A DNA stretch of 28,618 nucleotides from Reclinomonas americana ATCC 50394 (taxonomy: Eukaryota). The position numbers and the translations under genes were made by a program. Location: positions 62,001 to 90,618 of the forward strand of contig PS015022.1 in the NCBI GenBank assembly GCA_048213135.1, in the 5' to 3' direction. A model generated the notes under the pieces. The model had not been told where the DNA came from, made no database searches, and was given only the letters and a program-made list of their open reading frames with translations. Numbering within the stretch: the first letter of the stretch is position 1; every line of letters begins with the position of its first letter. Positions 21,512 through 28,618 of the stretch are shown here, piece after piece.

Positions 21512-23371
21512 TCACACGGGATCGCTGGATCTCCGCCGAGCCTCTGGCATCAAGCGCTCACGTCGCAACACATCTCCGAGTTCCCGCGCGCGCAGCGCCA
21601 CCATCGGGTCCTCGTGTCTTGCCAGCGAACGCGACATGTCAACTGCTGTCGCCAGCAGTGGTGGCGGGCAGTAGGTGCGCACCACATCGCCATCGGCCAG
21701 CACGTTGCGAAGGAGCCAGAGAGAAGCCGACAAGAGAACGAACCTTGGTTGCCTTCTCGCTGGTAATAGTGGTGGAGGTGGTGGTGGTGGTGGATTCGAA
21801 GGTAGTGCTGGTGGTGGTGGTGGTGGCATCGAGACGGGCGGTGGTATGGGCGGAGGAGGCGGAGGTGGCCCAGAGGATGATTCTGAGGCGCTGGTAGTTG
21901 TCGTGGTTGTGGTTGTGGTTGTGGTGGTCTCCGTGGACCTGCCAGGCGACTGGCAAAACTCGACCATGCGGTCGACAAAGGACGACTGCAGCAGAATCAT
22001 TTGGTTCACCGCGTTGCCCTCTGTCGCAGACAAAGGCACACTGCTATGAGTTCACAGCAGTATTTCATCTTCATCACCAACGAATTTCAACAGACCAACA
22101 AAGGCCGCCAGCGCAGTGACGGCAGCTCGCCGGTGGCTGAGCTTCGTGTCCGCCAGTCGGATCAGAGTCTCGCCAATGTTGCTCTCGCGTAGCGCGTTCT
22201 GGTAGAGGCAAGAGATGGCCCGATCCTTGGCTGTACAATCGGCCAGAATCGCCATGTTGCCGACCAGTCGGCAGGCGGCTAGCTGCGCGCACACACCACA
22301 ACGAGATCAGTGCACGGCCGCACATGCATCACTGTGCAGGATTTCGTGCACGCAACAGATACGTGCGTGTCGGCTTCGTAGAGCAGCAGCGGCACGATCA
22401 GCTCCTGGAATGCCGCCTGCAGCATCGCATCGACGACTTTCACCACTCCGCGCAACAGCGTCGTCAGGCTGTCGGCCAGCGACATGGCCACTTCGCGATG
22501 GTCCGTCGCTCGAGCGTGCTCATGCAGCAGCTCGGCGACCGTCTCCAGTCTGCGTGCTTCCGCACCTAAGTGGCCTGCTTCTTGATGACGCAGATAGACA
22601 CAGACACACACACACCTCTCCAGTGCCACCGCTGCGTTGGCTGCATGCCCGATTAGCAGCGTCTCTTCGTCCACCGACTGGTTCAGCCGCTCAGTGGCCT
22701 CGACGCAATAGCGGGTGACTTGCGCATCGACGGCCGACGGCAACTTGAACGCCATATCGACAAACTATGATGCCTTGGAGTGAGTCGGCGATCCCAGCAG
22801 CGTCTGCGCAAGGATCGCACACCTGGTGGAACTCAATAAACTGCTCCTGAAAGTACTCCATCTTCTCGCGTGCGTGGCCCGCCGTGCACCAGACGGCGAA
22901 TCGCTGCCACGAAGAGCGTTCCCGATCCGCCGACTTGCTCAGCCAGTCAAACATGGCCTGGCCGAGCACCTTGCGACAATCGCCTGGCGCCAGCACCAAA
23001 CAGACCGCACATCAGTAGATCAACGGAGCAAGCAGCACACCTGCACCACATGCAATAAGCGGACCTGTGATGGTAAAGTTGCGCAGACGATCAATCGCCG
23101 GCAGCAGCAGTGAGACATCCCTTCGTTGCACCACTGTGGTCTCCACCAGCACATGGATCAATGAGGTCCGCAAAGAAGGCTCGCTGTGGTGCGAGGCATG
23201 CTGCACGGCCGATCGATGCGCCAGACTGTGCATGTGTGAGAAGAGGAAGATTCGACTTCTTTGCAGTGTGTGAGGTCACCTGTCATCGTCGGCGCTGTCG
23301 TCGTAGTCATCATCATCGTCATCGTCGTCGCGGTTGCCACTGGTGGGCGCACGAGTGGCGCTCGCCGACAT
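21512..23371 (-). CDS. Hypothetical ARM/HEAT-like helical protein with acidic N-terminus and Thr/Pro-rich insert; ~7 exons
   Basis: MSASATRAPTSGNRDDDDDDDYDD start. Segments LAACRLVGNMA, RRAAVTALAAF and SASLWLLRNVL resemble ARM helix-3 patterns. Poly-Pro at ~21765-21875. The fold assignment is inference. Confidence 0.6.
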
Positions 23372-23565
23372 TCCCGACAAGAGTTGTCCTTTGGCGATCA
23401 CAATGACGAAGGGAAGGAACGTCGACGGCCTCAAGCCAAGTCAAGGCGGGCCATAGAGCTTTCTCTATGGAGCCACTGCTGCGCTGCGTCTATTTCCTCT
23501 CACAGACTCCAGCAGGCAGAGGCGATTTGCATAAGAAGATAAGCCCATGTACTGATGGCTCAACA

Positions 23566-24360
23566 TCATCTGCCCACCTCGGGCGTCGTCTCGCGCATGA
23601 CCTGCGCCACGCGCGGCACCTGCAGCTGCTTCCGCACAATCTCCATGACCATGATATCGTCGCTCTGGTACACATCGTCGAGGTGCGTGTTGGGGATGCG
23701 CTGCAGCGTGAATCCATGCTCGGAGCGCAACTCGCGGAAAAACGCCATGTCGCCTGCCGACGTGCCACTGCGCAGCTCATACGCCAGATAGATGGTCGCA
23801 TTTGCGTTGCTGCCACACAACGCCAACAGTGTTGTCATTAGTGGACGCCATCCGGCCTCGTCTCCACCGTAGACGCAATCGGAGGCGAGAATAACATCGA
23901 AACCGCTGTCGCCTGCCAGTTGTCTGGCCTGCTCCTCGTCGCCCCACTCCAGCGCCTGCACGCGTGTGTTGCGACACGCATTCGCCTCTGCGTTGTGACG
24001 CAGCAATGGCAGACGCCGTGGGCGATCAGTGAGCACCATCTCCTTGGGTCCAAGTTGAGCTACAGTGCGCGTGTGAGAGCAATGTGTGCATCGACCGGAA
24101 GCAGCCCACTGTGACGCACCGACTGCGATGCCGACCAGTCCGCACCCTGCGCCCAGCTCAATGCACCGCTTCTCGGAGAAGAAGCCGAGCGGGAAGCGCG
24201 TGGTGCCACTGCACTTCTCAAAGAACTTGCTGAGCACCAGTGACGAGTCCCAGCAGGTGTCGCCGACGTCCTCTTCAGCCTCCTCGCCCTCGCATGCAAT
24301 GCCGCCTTGTGCAATCACCAGCTCGTGGCCAAAGAACTCCACGCGACGCTCACTGCTCAT
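23566..24360 (-). CDS. METTL21/Methyltransf_16 family protein methyltransferase; 2 exons
   Basis: VGDTCWDSSLVLSKF, motif I KRCIELGAGCGLVGI, VLTD, VQALEWG, FDVILASDCVY, IYLAYELR; one in-frame GTGCGT...TAG intron. Confidence 0.93.
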   Translation of the reverse strand: MSSERRVEFFGHELVIAQGGIACEGEEAEEDVGDTCWDSSLVLSKFFEKCSGTTRFPLGFFSEKRCIELGAGCGLVGIAVGASQWAASGRCTHCSHTRTVAQLGPKEMVLTDRPRRLPLLRHNAEANACRNTRVQALEWGDEEQARQLAGDSGFDVILASDCVYGGDEAGWRPLMTTLLALCGSNANATIYLAYELRSGTSAGDMAFFRELRSEHGFTLQRIPNTHLDDVYQSDDIMVMEIVRKQLQVPRVAQVMRETTPEVGR

Positions 24361-24539
24361 TGTCGAGAACAAAAGTTCTGTTGGAAGTGAAGTTGTCCTG
24401 TGCGGACTTTCTTGTGTTTGCCGCGCTTCTCCGTCGTTGGAGCATTGACTGTGTGTCGACGCGTGTGCTCATCTACACGCGGGAGTGCATTCAACCGCAG
24501 CGAGCAAGAGATACGTGAGGCAGTGCAAGTCGGGTGGAA

Positions 24540-27500
24540 ATGGCCCGCTCAAGTACGTTTTTTGTGCACACTTTGACCGCACACTTTCACACACGCGCGC
24601 GCACATTCCCTCACGCCACAGTGGACGCAGATGTGCAGCGGAGAGTTGTGACAGCAGTGATTGTGCTGTCACTAATGATGATGATGATGATGATGTTGGC
24701 GGCGGCTCCAGGAGTAATGGGACTGCGACATCGAACCTCGCGCAGTCATCATCAGAAACAGCAACAGGAACAGCAGCATGTGTCAATGGACCAAATGGGC
24801 GCTGTGTCAATGGCAGGCGACACTGGTGATGACGGCATGAGTTGTGTTTGCGTCAGCCGAAGCCCAGATAGTCTCCCGCCACGTGGCGATCTCACTTGTT
24901 GTCTTGTCGCGCACGCAGTGGATGATGTGTTTGATGTGATTGTGGAGCAGCGTGAGGGCGATGGAAAGTTTGTGGTGATCATCGATGGTTCGTCTCTCTC
25001 TCTGTCCGCGCGAGTGTGTGTGCCACGTGGATTTGCTGAGGTGTTGTGACGTGGTGCAGGCGAGGAGCTGCAGTTGCCGGAGAGCTTCCAGCCGCAGGTG
25101 GATCCGGAGACGGGCATGATTATGCTGTCGGAGACGGAGATGCAGCAGGTGGAGACGCTGGTGGATACGATGCAGCGGGCGTTGAGAAATCTGGAGCGGG
25201 CGATTGCGGATAATGAGGTGTTGCATGACGGTGGTGGTGATTCGGCGCCGCCACCCACCACCACGAGTGAGCTTCCGGCTGGTCAGCCAGCGGCAGAGGG
25301 AGCGACGGTGCAGGCTGGTGATGAGCCGGGGAAGGAGGGCGAGGGCGAGGAGCCAAAGGAGGAGGAAATCGAGGTGCCGAAGGATCTGTACGGGCAGGCG
25401 GAGGATGCGCGGTCGAATCGCGAGTTTGAAAAGTTGAGTCGCCCTTTGCATGCGTCGGTGTACTTGACTCGGTGGCTGATGATGTGTTGCGGCAGGGCGG
25501 TTGAGCTGTTGCAGCGTGCGGTGGAGACGGAGAACTCGACCGACGCGCAGCTGCGTCTCGGCCTTATGTACGAGGTACGGTCGCATGGCGATGTGCGACA
25601 GGGGTCGATTGCATTCCTCACTTGCGTGATGTGCAGTACGGCGAGGGAGTGCAGCAGAATTGGACGCTGGCGGCCGACCATTTCGCCAAGGCCACCAACA
25701 AGGGCAACCCCAAGGCGATGCACGAACTCGGCTTCTGCTACATCAACGGTCTCGGTGTGCCGCGCAATCTGGGAGTGGTGAGTGCTCTCCTTCGTTGCTC
25801 ATGCGAGTCTTTCTCTCTCTCTCTCTCTCTCTGTCGCTCTCTCGCTCACCGAGCATCTATTGTAGGGCCTGTTGCATTGGCATTTCGCCGCACGAGCAAA
25901 GAACGTGCCGGCATCGCTGGCCCTCGGCCACCGCTACATGTATGGCATCAATGTGGAAAAGTCGTGCGAGAGTGCGGCACCGTACTATCGTGTGGCTGCC
26001 GAGCAATGTTGCGAGCAGAGTGTTTTTCTATGTGCGTGTCGGTGATGCTGACCCGAGGGATCGTGATGTGTGCAGCGGTGTTGCAGCACATGGCTCAGGA
26101 GAGCCACCCGTACGACCTGATTGATCTGATGAACCCGGTGGCCATTCAGGAGAAGGAGCGCGAGTCGGATCTCATTGAGCTGTACGAGTACTCGGCGGCA
26201 AAGGGCGACACCAAGGCACAGGTCTGCTTTTCCGTGCATCTGAACCCCTTCTCATTGTCGAGTTCCGGCTGCCTGACACGCGGCTTCGTCACAGTTGTAC
26301 CTGGGTTACGCCAACCTGCTCGGCTGGAACGGTCTGCCGCAGAACCGGCCCGCAGCCGTGGAGTACTTTGAACAGGCTGCAGCTGGCGGCGATCCTGGAG
26401 GTCACGCCGCTCTCGGCCAGGTGTTTGTGCAGGGCTTGGGCGTGAAGCAGGACAACAAGACTGCGCACGAACATTTCAAGAAGGCCGCCGATGCTGTGCG
26501 TCACGCCATTGTGCTTTCGTATGTGATTGTCTGCCTCAGCTCTGACATGCTTGTATTCGCCACTGCAGGGCCACGCTGGCGCGCAAAATGGACTGGGTAC
26601 GTGACTCGTCGTCGTCGAGGACTGCACGGTGAATGCATGCTCATTGTTCGTTGCTCTGCAGGCTACCTGTACTTGAATGGTCTCGGCGTGCCAAAGGATC
26701 CGGAGCGTGCTCTGCGCTACTTCCGCGCCGCTGCCGAACAGGGCAACCCCGAAGGTCAGTTCAACTGCGGCTTCATGCACCACCACGGACACGGAACGCC
26801 GGTCAACCACGCCATGGCCTTCCAGTACTACTCCAAGGCGGCGGCACAGGGACAGGATCTGGCCACCTTCCAGATGGCGGAAATGTACCTCAACGGACAG
26901 GGAGTCACGCGCAGCTGCTCACAGGCACTCAAGCACTACAAGAAGATGGCGGAGAAAGGTATCGTGTGTACACGCAGTATTGTATGTGTTGTCGAGGGGC
27001 TGTGTGTGTTCACTCGTGATGTGTGCTCTGCCAGGCACTTGGACCGATCTGATTGACGATGCCTATGCGTCGTACATGGACGGTGACTACACCATGGCGC
27101 TGCTGGACTATTTGCACGGCGCCGAGCGCGGGTACGAGGTGGCGCAGAGCAACGTGGCTTTCATGTTGGAGCGCCGTCTGGGAGTCGAGGCCATCTTTGG
27201 TCCCGACCCCATGGCCACGGAGACTGCCGTGGCGGCGCTGGCTGCCGAGCGGAAACAACTGGAGGATGCCAATAAGGCCGCCAAGGACAGTGGCGAGCAA
27301 CAGGCACAGCAGCAGCAGCAGCAGCAGCAGCAGCAAGTGGTCACGCAACAGCAGGCCACGGAGCTCAAATTGGCGCAGCAGGCCGCAGCTGACCGTGAGT
27401 TCGCCATTGACCGCCTCGCGCTGCAGTGGTACTCGCGTGCTGCCATGCAGGGACATGTGAAGGCGAACTTGAAGGTGTGTATATGCCGTTTACTCCCGCA

Positions 27501-28316
27501 GACTCCACGCATCCCTTGTCTGACGTGCAATCTCGTAGGTGGGCGACTTCTTGTACTACGGCAAGGGCCACGAGGTGGACTTGCCGCTGGCCGCCGAGTT
27601 CTACCGACGTGCCAGTGAGCTGAACAGTGACGCGGCCACGTGGAACCTCGGTTTCATGCACCAGTACGGAATTGGCCTGCCCAAGGTGTGTGTGTGGCTG
27701 TAAAGGGAGTGTCCATCAAGCTGCAGCTGCTCACTGCTCTTGTCTACATGCGCAGGACCTGCATCTGGCCAAGCGCTACTACGACCAAGTGGTGGCGGCC
27801 GGTGGCACTGGCGTGGTGCCGGCGTACTTGGCCCTGTGGGGCTTGTGGTTGCAGTCGACTTGGGAGTGGGCGGTGGCACTGTGGGAGAATGGCGACCCTT
27901 CGTTGCTGACGTCGCTCTCGTGGTGGCGCGTACAACAGACGGCACTGTGGTCGACCGTGATTGAGCCGTGGCTGCGGTCGTGGGACAACACAGCACTGGT
28001 TTTCTTCTCGGCGCTTCTCATTATGCTGGTGTTTACGCGCGTGACCGTCGGCGTGCTCTGCTGCCTCAATCCGTTCACGTGGAGACGACGGAAGAACCGC
28101 AGTGCGGAGGGCGACGCATCACAGGCGGCGGCCGACCGCATCCGCCTCGAAGACTTCGAGTTGAACGTGCAGCGGCGCAGACCACCAGCCGCCGACGGCG
28201 TGGAGGTGGTCGACGAGCAAATCGTCGACATGCCCCACGCACCGGCCGCCGATCAGGAAGACGCCGTCCCTCGTGAACGGCGTCCACACCACCACGCCGA
28301 GGGCGATGTAGAATGA
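24540..28316 (+). CDS. SEL1L: SEL1L/Hrd3-like ERAD component (signal peptide, Sel1-like repeats, C-terminal TM); ~14 exons
   Basis: Multiple SLR repeats (AQLRLGLMYE|YGEGV, AMHELGFCYINGLGV, LALGHRYMYGINVEKSCESA, GQFNCGFMHHHGHG). Also the Hrd3-type motifs GAERGYEVAQSNVAFML and DLHLAKRYYD, and a TM segment ALVFFSALLIMLVF. TGA at 28314-28316; start exon inferred. Confidence 0.88.
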
Positions 28317-28465
28317 GAGCACGCACAGTCGCAAGAAACCCACACAAAAAATGAAGAATGCATACGTAGTTGTATGTGATCGATTGGTCGGGCCTGCAAT
28401 CAAACCTCGAAAGGATGGCAGGTGAGTGCGTCACCTCGCGGCTCATTGCATGTCTCACACAACAC

Positions 28466-28467
<2 letters not shown>

Positions 28468-28519
<52 letters not shown>
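28468..28519 (+). repeat. (CT)26 microsatellite
   Basis: Direct reading. Shorter (CA)/(GA)/(GT) runs occur in many introns, e.g. ~10358-10381, 10743-10766, 20553-20579. Confidence 0.95.
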
Positions 28520-28524
<5 letters not shown>

Positions 28525-28618
28525 GTACGACGTACCGACCACGACCGACCGACCGACCGACCGACCGACCGACCGGACCGGACCGGACCGGACCGGACCG
28601 GTACCGGACCGGCCGGTC
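28520..28618. repeat. Degenerate TACG > (GACC)n > (GGACC)n low-complexity end of the window, probably low-quality sequence
   Basis: The repeat unit drifts progressively straight after a long dinucleotide run at the sequence end. Confidence 0.6.

Noticed and set aside
847-26075. Reading the shifted introns as non-canonical TT...AG/GG introns
   Set aside because: Phase and conserved residues are satisfied by GT...AG boundaries; moving the cut one base right breaks the frame or loses the terminal AG.
847-26075. Introner or transposon origin, or U12 type, for the shifted introns
   Set aside because: No shared internal sequence, terminal inverted repeats or uniform length by eye; no RTATCCTT donor or TCCTTAAC branch site.
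1-28316. Alternative genetic code or stop-codon readthrough
   Set aside because: All internal stops fall in plausible introns, and TAA, TAG and TGA are each used as terminators of conserved genes.
28530-28618. Telomere or CRISPR-like array
   Set aside because: The unit changes along the tract, there are no spacers, and it does not match a G-rich/C-rich telomeric pattern; more likely an artefact.

Overview
Gene-dense, GC-rich eukaryotic (protist-like) genomic DNA. I modelled by hand 11 complete intron-rich genes plus the 3' end of a twelfth, most separated by only ~90-410 bp (one 845-bp gap). In order they are: a Pro/Tyr/Gly-rich C-terminus, a CDF/MTP-type metal transporter, a divergent kinesin-like protein, RPS20 (uS10), DLST (2-oxoglutarate dehydrogenase E2), a large orphan gene, an Mpv17/PMP22 protein, a head-to-head pair of MGxCC-acylated proteins (one with EF-hands), an ARM-like protein, a METTL21-like methyltransferase and SEL1L/Hrd3. 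The standout signal is in the splice sites. Of about 94 inferred introns (mostly 43-160 nt), 28 (~30%) begin with a donor shifted by one base, GTT(G/C/T)NG(T/C), typically GTTGCGT or GTTGAGT, instead of the local consensus GTGCGT/GTGAGT. None of the 28 has the exonic -1 G that most normal donors here carry. Several are fixed by conserved proteins (RPS20, DLST, CDF, SEL1L). This suggests a second major class of 5' splice site read in a shifted or bulged snRNA register. All exon models are manual inferences without transcript data.
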